From Mobula hypostoma (lineage: Eukaryota): a stretch of DNA of 64,000 nucleotides. Within the stretch, counting starts at the first letter, position 1. The number at the start of each line of letters is the position of its first letter. Position numbers and translations under genes: made by a program. This document shows positions 10,936-23,621 of this stretch, one piece after another. The stretch covers positions 191,954,001 to 192,018,000 of the forward strand of contig NC_086097.1 in the NCBI RefSeq assembly GCF_963921235.1. Reading direction: 5' to 3'. The notes below the pieces were generated by a model, which made no database searches, was not told where the DNA came from, and saw only the letters and a program-made list of their open reading frames with translations.

Positions 10936-13290
10936 CATTTTTGTTTCCTTGAATGCTTTTTCACAACTTTCTGACCATTCCCATTTTGCTTCTGTATGCA
11001 ACAGTGGATACAATGGATACAGCACTATAGCAATGTCCGGGAGAAATTGGTGGTAATAACTTACAAATCCCAAGTATGACTTGAGTTATGACACATTTTC
11101 CAGTTTGGGTGCTGTAGCACTGCTTCAATCTTCTCTTGAGACTTATGTAAGCCATACTTGTCAATGACATGTCCACAATATGAGATTATGTTCTTGAAAA
11201 ATGATGTCATCAGGTTTAACATTGTGTTCCTGGGATTACCTTGGAGTACTTGGTCCATGACTCCTAGCCAAATGGCTGGACCTGATGCAATGCCAAAGAT
11301 GAGATGATTATACTTGTGAGTGTTGTTTGTGAGGAACTTCCTGCTTGACTCCTCAATCTCCATATGCAGATATGCTTGTCAATCTTTGAAAAGCACTCCC
11401 TGCTGACAAAGATACAAAAATGTCTTCTGTTTGTGGCAAAGGATACTGCACACTACGCAGCACCGAGTTGAAGCTCACTTTGAAATCCCCACAGATGTGA
11501 ACGGCTCTGGCCTTCCCTTTCTTCATCACTGGGACAAAGGACATGGCTCCACTCAACCTTGGAGAGAATTCCAGATGCCTTCAAGCTCTGAATTTCAACA
11601 TCCACTTTAGGACACAGAGCATTAGACACTGGCTGTGCTTTATGGAACCTTGGTGTTGCTGCTTCATCCAGTTTACTTCTGGCTTTCATGCCTTTGAGTT
11701 TACCAATCCCCTTCTCAAACACCTTCTTATTAGTATTAACCAGCTGTGCCTGTCTCTGGTTGGTGCTACCATTTGGGCTGCAGTTGCCTATTGATGCCAC
11801 ACTGAGAGCTTTGACTGAGTGCCAGTCTATTTGGATTTTTCTCAGCCATTTATGTCTGAAAAGTGCTGGCCCTCTACTTTTTAATACATAAAGCTCTAAC
11901 TGTCGCATTTGACCTCCATACATCACATTTATTTTTAGTTTGCCTTTGGAAGACACTTTTTTGCCTGTGTAAGTCTTTAGCATCACTGAGGTCTTCTCCA
12001 TTGGAATCTTAGAAAGCAGTCTGCTGGAGTCAGCCTCTGGAATTATAGACAATGCTGACGCTGTGTCCAGTTCCATTTCCAGGATTACAGTAGATACATC
12101 TATTGTCATCCATATGATTTTGCGATCTGCTTCAGTAATTCTATGCAATTCTAGGCATGACAGCTTACCCTCATCACACTCCGTGTTGCCTGTTTCACAT
12201 TTGGACACTTTATGCATTTGTTTAGTTTTGTGTGTGAAACTCTTCACTTGGTGTGTTTTTTTTCTTTGGCTGTGCTTTTTGTCTGACTTGCACGCTCTCT
12301 CTATGTGATCTTGTCTGTGACACTTTCTGCTCACTTTTTCCTTGAACCAATAGACATTTGCATTATGGGAGGATTTGCCACATCGATAATATTTTTGGAT
12401 TTTTGCACCATTCAGGGACACTTGGTGCACTTCACATTCTAAACTATTTTTCTCCAGTTCTGCTGCAGTCCTTTGCTGCAGTTTCTGATGATATTGCAAT
12501 TGTCTATGCTCTTTAGGTCTCTTTCTGCCAGTAGCCTCTTTTGACTGCTTTGAATGTACATGCCACATACAAGTCTGTCTCTTTTTGCATCAGAAAGTCC
12601 ATCTCAAAATCACAGCACTGTGAAAATTTGTACAGTTCTGCAATATATTCAGAAATGCTTTCATCCTTTGACTGGTTCCATTTGTAGAATCTAATCTCTC
12701 AGCTATTGCCAGCAATTTTGGGCTCAAGTGATTTTGTAAAATTGTACTAATTTTGTCAAACACCTTGCTTGCTGGTTTTTCAGGGTTACTAGGTTGTGTA
12801 AGGGACTGTACCTCCTTGCACCCATTAAGCTCAGAAGCGCAGGGGTTCTCTTTTGCTCCTCCACCTTGTTACAATACAGTTCAACCCTCTTGATATATGA
12901 CTCTCAGCCTTCATTAGCACTATCAAGTTCATCAACTTTCCCGACTGAAGATGTTGCCACATTGTTTTCACTTTCAATTCACCGCATCTTTCACAGTTAC
13001 TCATGGGTCCTTCAGCATTCTCACGCTGTTTAACTCCTGTTGTTTCGATCCATAACTGTCGGTGCAGTTCGTGGTATTTTCTGACCTGCAGTTTCATACT
13101 CATCACCAATGTTGTGTCTTTGCACAACTACATATCAATTAAATAGAAGCACGCATGTGGGCGATACCTTTAACTGGTGTATTCAAATTGCTGTGAGATG
13201 GAGAGAAAGATAGAGAACAATGTGCATGTGTAGACAACAACACATGCACAGACAACAGATCAATAAGTAGTGCAAAGGGGAAGATCATTG
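10936..13290 (-). mobile_element. Truncated Ty3/Gypsy LTR retrotransposon (Mag-like): 5' LTR end, PBS, gag, protease, RT
   Basis: LTR end ...ACAACA followed by PBS-like TTGGTGATGAG (13099-13109); tandem Zn knuckles YRCGKSSH...RKCHRQDHIERAC; protease MELDTASALSII; RT ICGDFK...YPLP and FGIASGPAIW; RT-RNaseH connection WEWSESCEKAF; integrase and 3' LTR absent. Confidence 0.88.
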
Positions 13291-13611
13291 CTCTAAAAGA
13301 AATAGAACCATACATACCATTATCATTCAAGCCATACATAGACACAGCTGCACAAGACAGCGTTCCTCTGGGGCCAAGATGAAAAACATTCAAAAATGGC
13401 AAGTAAACGTTCAAAGGAGCAGGTAACATATTCAAAGAAGCATATTCACTTGAGAAAAAAACACAGACATATAGTCCAAGACCCTGAGTGACAATTTCTG
13501 GCAATGTGCAGTCTCCCGGCAGCGTACAGATGCATGCAATCCAGCCTGTCATTCCACTGCTCAAACACAGGAGAGCAGCACCCATGGGCGAGGCCAGGCC
13601 CCAGCCAAGAT

Positions 13612-14232
13612 GGTGACAGACTTCAGGAAGACTAAACCTGCATTGCTCCCTGTTACTATTGATGGTGAGCATGTTGATGAGGTGAGTACTTACAAGTACC
13701 TGGGGTTGCACCCGGATGACAGGCTTGAGTAGAGCACCAACACAGGCTGTGAACAAGAAGGGCCAGAGTTGCCTCTACTCCCAGAGGAAACTGAGGTCCT
13801 TTGCAGTGTGCAGGCCTCTCCTTCACATGTACTACCAGTCTGTTGTTGCCAGTGCAATCTTCTACGCAGTTGTGCGCTGGGGCAATGGCATCAACACGGG
13901 TGATGCCAACAAGCTAACCAAACTGATTAGAAAGGCTGGCTCTGTTATAGGAGTCAAACTGGACACACTGGAGGCTGTGATAGAACAAAGGACCCTACAG
14001 AAAATCCCGGCAATTCTGGACAATGTTTCTCCCACTCTGCATGCCACCTTGGCTGAACAGAGGAGCACTTTTTGTAATAGATTAAGACACCTGGGCTGCT
14101 CCAAATCGCGCTCAATGTGGTCATTTTTACCCTCGGCCATTAGGCTCTATAATGAGTCAACATATAGCTGGACAAGTGATAACCCCTCCTGTTAGACTGT
14201 TTGAGGTAACTTGTTTTTTTATTCTTTCTTCA
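13612..14232 (+). mobile_element. Rex1/Babar LINE 3' portion
   Basis: YKYLG; LRSFAVCRPLLHMYYQSVVASAIFYAVVRWG; SFLPSAIRLYN; same family as 51333-52162. Confidence 0.85.
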
Positions 14233-17200
14233 CTAAACTGACAAGGATTCAACATCTTCTGATCCTATGTCACATCTTTCTACTGATTTGATGTCATTAT
14301 TTACCGGTAGAGCTAAGCCTCCCCCTCTGCCTACCTTCCTATCCCTCTGATACAATGTGTAACCTTGGATATTCATCTCCCAACTACAAACATCCTTCAG
14401 CCAAAGAAACATAGAAACATAGAAAATAGGTGCAGGAGTAGGCCATTCGGCCCTTCGAGCCTGCACCGCCATTTATTATGATCATGGCTGATCATCCAAC
14501 TCAGAACCTTGCACCAGCCTTCCCTCCATACCCCCTGATCCCCATAGCCACAAGGGCCATATCTAACTCCCTCTTAAATATAGCCAATGAACTGACCTCA
14601 ACTGTTTCCTGTGGCAGAGAATTCCACAGATTCACCACTCTCTGTGTGAAGAGGTTTTTCCTAATCTCAGTCCTAAAAGGCTTCCCCCTTATCCTCAAAC
14701 TGTGACCCTCGTTCTGGACTTCCCCAACATCGGGAACAATTTTCCTGCATCTAGCCTGTCCAATCCCTTTAGGATTTTATACGTTTCAATCAGATCCCCC
14801 CTCAATCTCTTAAATTCCAACGAGTACAAGCCCAGTTCATCCAGTCTTTCTTCATATGAAAGTCCTGCCATCCCAGGAATCAATCTGGTGAACCTTCTTT
14901 GTACTCCCTCTATGGTAAGGATGTCCTTCCTCAGATTAGGGGACCAAAACTGCACACAATACTCCAGGTGTGGTCTCACCAAGGCCTTGTACAACTGCAG
15001 TAGTATCTCCCTGCTCCTGTACTCGAATCCTCTCGCTATAAATGCCAGCATACCATTCGCCTTTTTCACCGCCTGCTGTACCTGCATGCCCACTTTCAAT
15101 GACTGGTGTATAATGACACCCAGGTCACATTGCACCTCCCCTTTTCCTAATTGGCCACCATTCAGATAATAATCTGTTTTCCTATTTTTGCCACCAAAGT
15201 GGATAACTTCACATTTATCCACATTAAATTGCATCTGCCATGAATTTGCCCACTCACCCAACCTATCCAAGTCACCCTGCATCCTCTTAGCATCCTCCTC
15301 ACAACTAACACTGCCACCCAGCTTCGTGTCATCCGCAAACTTGGAGATGCTGCATTTAATTCCCTCATCCAAGTCATTAATATATATTTTAAACAACTGG
15401 AGTCCCAACACTGAGCCTTGTGGTACCCCACCAGTCACTGCCTGCCATTCTGAAAAGGTCCCGTTTATTCCCACTCTTTGCTTCCTGTCTGCTAACCAAT
15501 TCTCTATCCACATCAATACCTTACCCCCAATACCGTGTGCTTTAAGTTTGCACACTAATCTCCTGTGTGGGACCTTGTCAAAAGCCTTTTGAAAATCCAA
15601 ATATACCACATCCACTGGTTCTCCCCTATCCACTCTACTAGTTACATCCTCAAAAAATTCTATGAGATTCGTCAGACATGATTTTCCTTTCACAAATCAA
15701 TGCTGACTTTGTCCGATGATTTCACCGCTTTCCAAATGTGCTGTTATCACATCTTTGATAACTGACTCCAGCAGTTTCCCCACCACCGACGTTAGGCTAA
15801 CCGGTCTATAATTCCCTGGTTTCTCTCTCCCTCCTTTTTTAAAAAGTGGGGTTACATTAGCCACCCTCCAATCCTCAGGAACTAGTCCAGAATCTAACGA
15901 GTTTTGAAAAATTATCACTAATGCATCCACTATTTCCTGGGCTACTTCCTTAAGCACTCTGGGATGCAGACCATCTAGCCCTAGGGATTTATCTGCCTTT
16001 AATCCCTTCAATTTACCTAACACCACTTCCCTACTAACATGTATTTCGCTCAGTTCCTCCATCTCACTGGACCCTCTGTCCCCTACTATTTCTGGAAGAT
16101 TATTTATGTCCTCCTTAGTGAAGACAGAACCAAAGTAATTATTCAATTGGTCTGCCATGTCCTTGCTCCCCATAATCAGTTCACCTGTTTCTGTCTGTAG
16201 GGGACCGACATTTCTCTTTACCAGTCTTTTCCTTTTTACATTTCTATAAAAGCTTTTACAGTCAGTTTTTATGTTCCCTGCCAGTTTTCTCTCATAATCT
16301 TTTTTCCTCTTCCTAATTAAGCCCTTTGTCCTCCTCTGCTGAACTCTGAATTTCTCCCAGTCCTCAGGTGAGCCACTTTTTCTGGCTAATTTGTATGCTT
16401 CTTCTTTGGAATTGATACTATCCCTAATTTCCCTTGTCAGCCATGGGTGCACTACCTTCCTTGATTTATTCTTTTGCCAAACTGGGATGAACAATTGTTG
16501 TAGTTCATCCATGCAATCTTTAAAATGCTTGCCATTGCATATCCACCGTCAATCCTTTAAGTGTCATTTGCCAGTCTATCTTAGCTAATTCACGTCTCAT
16601 ACCTTCAAAGTTACCCCTCTTTAAGTTCAGAACCTTTGTTTCTGAATTAACTATGTCACTCTCCATCTTAATGAAGAATTCCACCATATTATGGTCACTC
16701 TTACCCAAGGGGCCTCTCACGACAAGATTGCTAATTAACCCTTCCTCATTGCTCAAAACCCAGTCTAGAATAGCCTGCTCTCTAGTTGGTTCCTCGACAT
16801 GTTGGTTCAAAAAACCATCCCACATACATTCCAAGAAATCCTCTTCCTCAGCACCTTTACCAATTTGGTTCACCCAATCTACATGTAGATTGAAGTCACC
16901 CATTATAACTGCTGTTCCTTTATTGCACACATTTCTAATTTCCTGTTTAATACCATCTCTGACCTCACTACTACTGTTAGGTGGCCTGTACACAACTCCC
17001 ACCAGCGTTTTCTGCCCCTTAGTGTTATGCAGCTCTACCCATATCTTCCCGGCTTATGTCCTTCCTTTCTATTGCGTTAAACTCATCATTAACCAGCAAC
17101 GCCACTCCACCTCCTTTTCTTTCATGTCTATCCCTCCTGAATATTGAATATTCCTGAACGTTGAGCTCCCATCCTTGGTCACCCTGGACCCATGTCTCTG

Positions 17201-18740
17201 TGATCCCAACTATATCATAATCATTAATAACAATCTGCACTTTCAATTCATCCACCTTGTTACGAATGCTCCTTGCATTGACACACAAAGCCTTCAGGCG
17301 CTCTTTTACCCTTATACAAGGGCGCTCTTAGCCCTTATACAATTATGTTGAAAAGTGGCCCTTTTTGATGCTTGCCCTGGATTTGTCGGCCTGCCACTTT
17401 TACTTTTCTCCTTACTACTTTTTGCTTCTACCCTCACTTTACACCCCTCTGTCTCTCTGCACTGGTTCCCATCCCCCTGTTGTGAACTAACCTCCTCTCG
17501 CCTAGCCTCTTTAATTTGATTCCCACCCCCCAACCATTCTAGTTTAAAGTTACCTCAGTAGCCCTCGCTAATCTCCCTGCCAGGATATTGGTCCCCCTAG
17601 GATTCAAGTGTAACCCATCCTTTTTGTACAGGTCACGCCTGCGCCAAAAGAGGTCCCAATGATCCAAAGACTTGAATCCCTGCCTCCTGCTCCAATCCCT
17701 CAGCCACGCATTTATCCTCCACCTCATCGCATTCCTACTCTCACTGTCGCGTGGCACAGGCAGTAATCCCGAGATTGCTACCTTTGCAGTCCTCTTTCTC
17801 AACTCCCTTCCTAGCTCCCTATATTCTCCTTTCAGGACCTCTTCCCTTTTCCTACCTATGTCATTGGTACCTATATGTACCACGACCTCTGGCTCCTCAC
17901 CCTCCCACTTCAGGATATCTTGAACACGATCAGAAATATCCCGGACCCTGGCACCAGGGAGGCAAACTACCATCCGGGTCTCTGGACTGCGTCCACAGAA
18001 TCGCCTATCTGACCCCCTTACTATCGAGTCCCCTATCACAACTGCCCTCCTCTTCCTTGCCCTACCCTTCTGAGCTACAGGGCCGGACTCTGTGCCGGAG
18101 GCACGGCCGCTGTCGCTTCCCCCGGGTAAGCTGTCCCCCCCATGATTCAGTGATGGCCACAACATCATACCTGGCATTCTGTAATAGTGCAACAAGATCA
18201 TCCACCTTATTTCTTATACTCCGCGCATTGAGATACAACATGCTACCCTTTTTGATTTTGCATCCCTAATGTTCTGATTCTCACCCTGTTGGCTGCGACT
18301 ATGCGACTATGTCCCGTCACCTGCCTGCCCTTCCTGACAGTCTGACTGCATGCTATCTTTACTTTTTCACCATCCATCCTATCCTGAGCCCCATCAGGAG
18401 GAAAGCTCAACCCCCTTGCCAAATTAGTTTAAACCCTCCCCAACAGCTCTAACAAACCTGCCTGCCAGAATACTGGTCCCCTTCAGGTTCAGGTGCAATC
18501 CATCACTTTTGAACAGGTCATACCTCCCCCAGAAGAGATCCCAATGATCTAAGAACCTGAAGCCCTGCCTCCTGCACCAGCTTCTCAACCACAATCCTGT
18601 TGATACCCTCACAGGTGCATGGCACAGGCAGCAATCCAGAAATTACTACCCTGGAGATCCTGCTTCTCAGCTTTCTACCTAGCTCTCTAAAATCTCTTTC
18701 CTTCCTATGTCATTGGTACCAATATGTACCAAGACATCTG
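14233..18740 (-). mobile_element. Older CR1 fragment (ORF1 esterase end and APE start), split by the young CR1 insertion
   Basis: Pieces 14233-14403 and 18143-18740 rejoin in frame as YDVVAITESWLKD; ORF 18424-18612 contains GFRFLDHWDLF...DGLHLN. Confidence 0.75.
14404..18142 (-). mobile_element. Young near-complete CR1 LINE (5'-truncated ORF1 SGNH esterase; ORF2 APE plus RT with a few disablements)
   Basis: ORF1 17539-18140 has SGNH blocks GDSIV, HIGTND, DGLHL. ORF2 segments 17025-17288, 16520-17002, 15697-16512, 14695-15693 and 14501-14698 carry ITETW, MGDFN, SDH, QH(G to stop)F, AFDKV, PQGS, KFADD. Tail (TTTCTATG)n at 14404-14425. Confidence 0.97.
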
Positions 18741-19339
18741 GCTGCTCTCTCTCAATCTCCAAAATCCACTTGTTATCGCAAGTGAAATGTCCGACACCAT
18801 CTCCCACAGTGATACTGCATCAACTTCGATGCTTCCGAGTAGCAGTCAGTAACATGTCTGCAGTCAGATCAGCTCCTCTGACACATCAACGTGGTCCTCC
18901 GATATCCCAACTGGCTCCTTCTCCAGCATCATGGCCGGCTCCTTCAGCAACTCAGCCGGCTCCTACTCCACCATCCCAGCCTCGGCTGGCCTCTTTGGCG
19001 CCTCAGCTGACACCACCGCCGACACCAGTGCAGCTACTCCAATCAGCGAGCAGCTCATTGTTGGAGTAAATCTGTAGTACCCAATGTTCCTGGAGTAGAT
19101 TTGTCTTTGGATCAGGAAAAAAGCACCTTTGGTTGGCCACCTTACCAGAAGTTACTTATATCTTATTTGTTTGGCAGACCTGAATGCCTCTGATCTGACC
19201 CTCAGAAAATTATGGATCTCTTGGTTCATTCTTGTTGGTGAACATTATGAATGATTTCATTAAATCTAACATTGCGTAATTGGAAACAGTGTAAACTTGA
19301 TAATAAATGGGCCTTAAGATAGTGATGGTAAAGTGATAC

Positions 19340-20432
19340 TGTGTTAATACTCTGGGTTTAGGAAGGTAGGGAAGATGCTGAAGAGCAGGATCTCCAAGTT
19401 AGTCCTCTCTGGATTACGCTGAGTCTGCTCATAGGGCAGGAATAGGATGATAGTACGGATGAACAAGTGGCTGAGGGAGTGGTGCAGAGGGCAGGGTTTC
19501 AGATTTCTGGATCATTGGGATCTCTTCTAGGGAACGTATGACTTGCAGAAAAAGAATGGGTTACACCTAAGGGGGGGCAATATCCTTGCGAGCACATTTG
19601 CTCGAGCTGTTGGGGAGGGTTCACACTAACTGGCAGGGGGATAGATACTGGAGTGATAGAGCTGAGAATGGGACAAATAGTATATAAGTCAATGCATTGT
19701 GAAGTGAGACTGTGAGGAAGGACAGGAAGGTGATAGGAAACTTGCAGTCAGTGCAATGAGTTGAAGCGTAACATGGGAGCATAATCTAAAAGGGTAATGA
19801 ATACAGGACTGAAGATGTTACATTAGAGTGCATGGAGTATATGGAATAAAGTAGCTGATCTTGTAGCTCAGTTAGAGGTTGGCAGGTATGATGTTGTGGG
19901 CATCACTGAGTCTTGCCTGAAAGAAGATCATAGTTGGGACTTTAACATCCAGGGATACATATTGTATCAGGCGGACAGGCAGGTAGACAGAGGGGGTGGG
20001 GTGGCTCTGTTGGTAAAAATAAAATCAGCTCCTTAGAAAGAGGTGACAAAAGAGCAGAAAAATGTAGAATTCTTGTGGGAAGTGTTAAGAAACTGCAAGG
20101 GTAAAAAGATCCTGAAAGGAATTAGACACAGGCCCCTAAATAATAACCAGGATGTAGGATTTAAATTACAACAGGAAATAGAAAAGACACGTAATAATTG
20201 CAATATTATGTTTGTCATTGGGATTTCAATATTCAAGTAGATTGGGAAAATCAAGTTGATGTTAGTTTCCAAGATAAGGAATTTATAGAATGCCTATGAG
20301 GTAGCTTTTTAAAACAGCTTGTTGTTGAGCACACTAGGGGAAAGGCAATTCTGGATTGGGAGTTGTGTATTGAACCAGACTCAATTAGTGAGCGTGAGGC
20401 AAAGGAACCCTTAGGAAGGAGTGATCATAATA
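19340..20432 (+). mobile_element. Decayed CR1 fragment (ORF1 esterase end and APE)
   Basis: GFRFLDHWDLF at about 19495, YDVVGITES at about 19890, PLGRSDHN at about 20410. Confidence 0.8.
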
Positions 20433-20845
20433 TTAACACAAAAAAGTCCGCAGATGCTGGAAATCCAAAGTATCGCACACAAAATGCTGGAGGAACACAG
20501 CAGGTCTGTCTGTGTCTATGGAAATGAATAAACAGTCAATGTTTTGGGCCAAGACTCTTCCTAATGACTGAAAAGGAAGGGGGAAGGAGGCAAGGTAGAA
20601 GGTGATATACAAAGCTAAGTGGGTTGGAAAGGTAAAGGGCTGGAGAAGAATAAATCTGATAGGGGAGGAGACTGGACCATAGGAGAAAGGGGAAGAGTTG
20701 AGGACCCAGCAGTAAGTGATAGGCAGGTGAGAAGATGGAAAAAAGCCAGAGTGGTGAATAGAAGAAGAGGGGACGGGGAAGGGAAATTTTATTTTTATTT
20801 TTAATTATTTTACTGGAAGGAGAAAGTGATATTCATGCCACTAGA
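20433..20845 (-). mobile_element. Old PLE pseudo-LTR
   Basis: GCAGATGCTGGAAATCC...CACACAAAATGCTGGAGGAAC signature, degenerate hammerhead at about 20533-20570, purine-rich body. Confidence 0.7.
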
Positions 20846-21734
20846 TTTATAAAACAGTATATTATAAATTCCCATGACATGACAAATGGAAACAAAGTCA
20901 ATATGGAGAGGGGGCAGTTCTCACTTCAGGGATACTGAATGCAGAGGAATATGAAGTGACACGTTTTGGTAGAAAGAAAAACAAAAGTCATTCGAAACAA
21001 TTTTAAAACAATGGAGAGAACTTGCGTGTTTTTACACCCAAGCCTTTGAAAGTGACGGCTCAGGTTGAAATAGTTATTGTAAAAATATATGCAACCATGG
21101 CCTTTATAAACAGGTACTCAATATACCAATAAAGAACACTTGGCTAAATCTCTATGGAACACGATTAGTACCAGCCAGAGTATAGTTCTAATGAGGAGTC
21201 AGAGGAAATGTAATGTAGAAATTCAGGCAATATCAGAGGCAAGTAAACAAGCCGTATTCTACTTGTTTTATGTTTATAGGCGTGAAGAAATAGTGCAGTC
21301 TGGTTAGTTTTTTACTTTGGTGTATCACCGCCTGTGCCTCTTTCATTGTTTCCTTCCTGTTCATATTTTACTTTCTTGTTTGTCAGAAGCAAGCATAAAA
21401 GGAAATCAAATATCTAATTTATTCTCAGATAAGCAACTAGTACTAGAAGGGACCTTGGTTTGGGCTTGCTAACTTCTGCAATGATTCCTAAAAATGGTAT
21501 CTTTCTGGATTTTAAGTTACAGTTAAGAGGTCATGCCTGCTGCAAAAGAATGTCAGAAATATGAAAGCAGAACATTAGTAGCAATTCTAAATGGGCATCA
21601 CAAGGTCAGAAAATGATATCTGACATATTATCTTTTAAACAAAGATGTCAATGTTTCCTGTTCCAGTATAAGGTAGCTGAGTCCTAACATTATTAGGACC
21701 ATTAGCTCTGTCAGAAATATTGACTTATCCATCT

Positions 21735-21870
21735 GAGGCCCTGATTCACGTCAGCTCTGTACACAGTTTTCTGAGGTCAGCTGACATGGCTTTGAGAATT
21801 AATTCTAGGACCTTCCTGATATACTGCATGTTTTTACTATTCACTGGCTAATCCAACTAAATCATTGGAC
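21735..21870 (-). mobile_element. Possible ancient LF-SINE-like relic
   Basis: Minus strand reads CAGGAAGGTCCTAG...GTCAGCTGACCTCAG...GGCCTCAG, matching in order my recollection of LF-SINE head motifs; not aligned. Confidence 0.4.
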
Positions 21871-21899
21871 AAATCTCAATTCACAATGATATAAATATA

Positions 21900-22090
21900 T
21901 TGGAGTCATAGATTCATAGAGAAATACAGAATGGATAACGGCCCTTTGGCCCATCTAGTCCGGGCTGAGTTATTTAAACTGCCTATCCCCTCAACCTGCA
22001 CCAGGTTCATAGCCCTTCATACTCCTACCATCCATGTCCCTACCCAAACTTCTCTTAAATGCTGAAATGGAACCCACATGCACCACTATG
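21900..22090 (-). mobile_element. CR1 3' end fragment
   Basis: GAGTCATAGATTCATAGAG...GGCCCTTTGGCCCATC, the reverse complement of a CR1 terminal hairpin and tail. Confidence 0.7.
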
Positions 22091-22149
22091 TATATATGAA
22101 GATTCTGAAAGGCAATATAGCCAAAGTGCTTGAGCATGTAAAAGTACCA

Positions 22150-22400
22150 TGAAAGTCAAAGTCAAAAGTCAAGTTTATTGCCACAAGCATGAGTACCTAC
22201 TGTATTTTATATGCACAGATGCAAAGAAATACATATTTGCAGCAGTATCACAGGCACATGTCATTATACAACCTGCATTCACAGGAAAAACATAAATTAA
22301 ATCTTACACTGTTTTACAAGAAAGAACACAACTGGAACAATAATACAAAAATAAACAGATCCATGTCAGTAGAAAGTGGTCCAACTGGTCATCATGAAGT
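22150..22400 (-). mobile_element. L2/Rex-type 3' tail fragment
   Basis: AAAGTCAAAGTCAAAAGTCAAGTTTATTG is the reverse complement of AATAAA plus a short tandem tail. Confidence 0.55.
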
Positions 22401-23600
22401 AAAATGGAAACATCCTCCCGAACTCATCTAAAATGGTGGCTGATGGTGGGGGGGGGGGTGGTTGTGAGTGTGAGGGGGTGGGACAAATGTTTTGATTGAT
22501 TGGCATGTATCTGTATGATAGCACCGTATATAAGCATTACTTCACTGAGAATGAACATATATTCATCCACAGATCATGGACTAATGAGGAGCAATTTAAC
22601 CACACAAGAAGAAAATTAATCAGAAGATTGAATAAAGATATGGATTTGTAATACATTGCATAATTCTAGAAAACTGCTTATTTTTCTTTACTTCAAACAT
22701 TTTTCTTACATGGACTTTTGTTGATTCTTCTAATTTTTGGAAAAGGCTACAAGTTTAATAAATTTATCAAAATCTGACGGAGGTTAAAAATAAACTTGTT
22801 TATCCAGACCATCCCATTCGAACATATGGCAATCAGTGTGCAGCTTACTCCCTCATCCTAACTCCCTATCATGCAGTGTCATGAGACAGAATGCAAAGAG
22901 AACACATCTTAAATCAACTTCACGGGAACATTAGACCCTGGAGGCAATCAGCAAAGATTCAAAGGTTCAAGCATACTTTACTCTCTGCTGGACACATTCT
23001 CTACTTGAAAGAGCCTAAAATAACTTGATATTCTGACAATATCCTCTAATCATTAATAATTACCTGTGGAAAAAAACAATTTTTGGAATCAGTTGTGCTT
23101 TAGGATTTTGATTAATCCACTTTAGGCTATTCCTCCTTTATCTACATTATCAGCTTAAATGACAATTTCCACAGAATCGGCTTTTTTCATCATTTTAAGA
23201 GTCTTAATCAATCTCTATAGAAATTATTTTCTGAGGGAAATCTTACTAATTTCCTTTCCATGCATGAGGAAACTTAGAATGGCATCATTCTCGTCACCCT
23301 CTTCTGGAATTCACAGTGATGGTGCTATCCTTGTACAAATCAGGGTGAAAAAATCATTGTACTATTTCTGATGGGAGTGTAGCAATGTCTTGTATGGTGT
23401 GTGTAATCTTTTATGAAATACCCTAATTCATTTGCCGTTGCAGCACATTGTGCAACTGTTATAAAATTGATGAGTACGGCACTAAATAGTCTCCAGGAGA
23501 GGAGCCTCATGGTAGACATCAGAATCAGATGACACCTATCATGACTAATGCACATCAAATGCTTCTATTATATTGAGATTGAGGCCTCATCTAGCCTAAA

Positions 23601-23621
23601 ATTTGCATAATTTATGCAAAT
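23601..23621. promoter_or_regulatory. Inverted pair of perfect octamer (POU) motifs
   Basis: ATTTGCAT-AATTT-ATGCAAAT within apparently non-repetitive sequence. Confidence 0.4.

Noticed and set aside
11453..12568. 371-aa host zinc-finger or protease gene
   Set aside because: It is a Gypsy gag-pro region flanked by PBS and RT remnants
17539..18201. Host GDSL/SGNH esterase gene
   Set aside because: It is CR1 ORF1, directly upstream of APE-RT; the N-terminal part of the ORF call is chimeric
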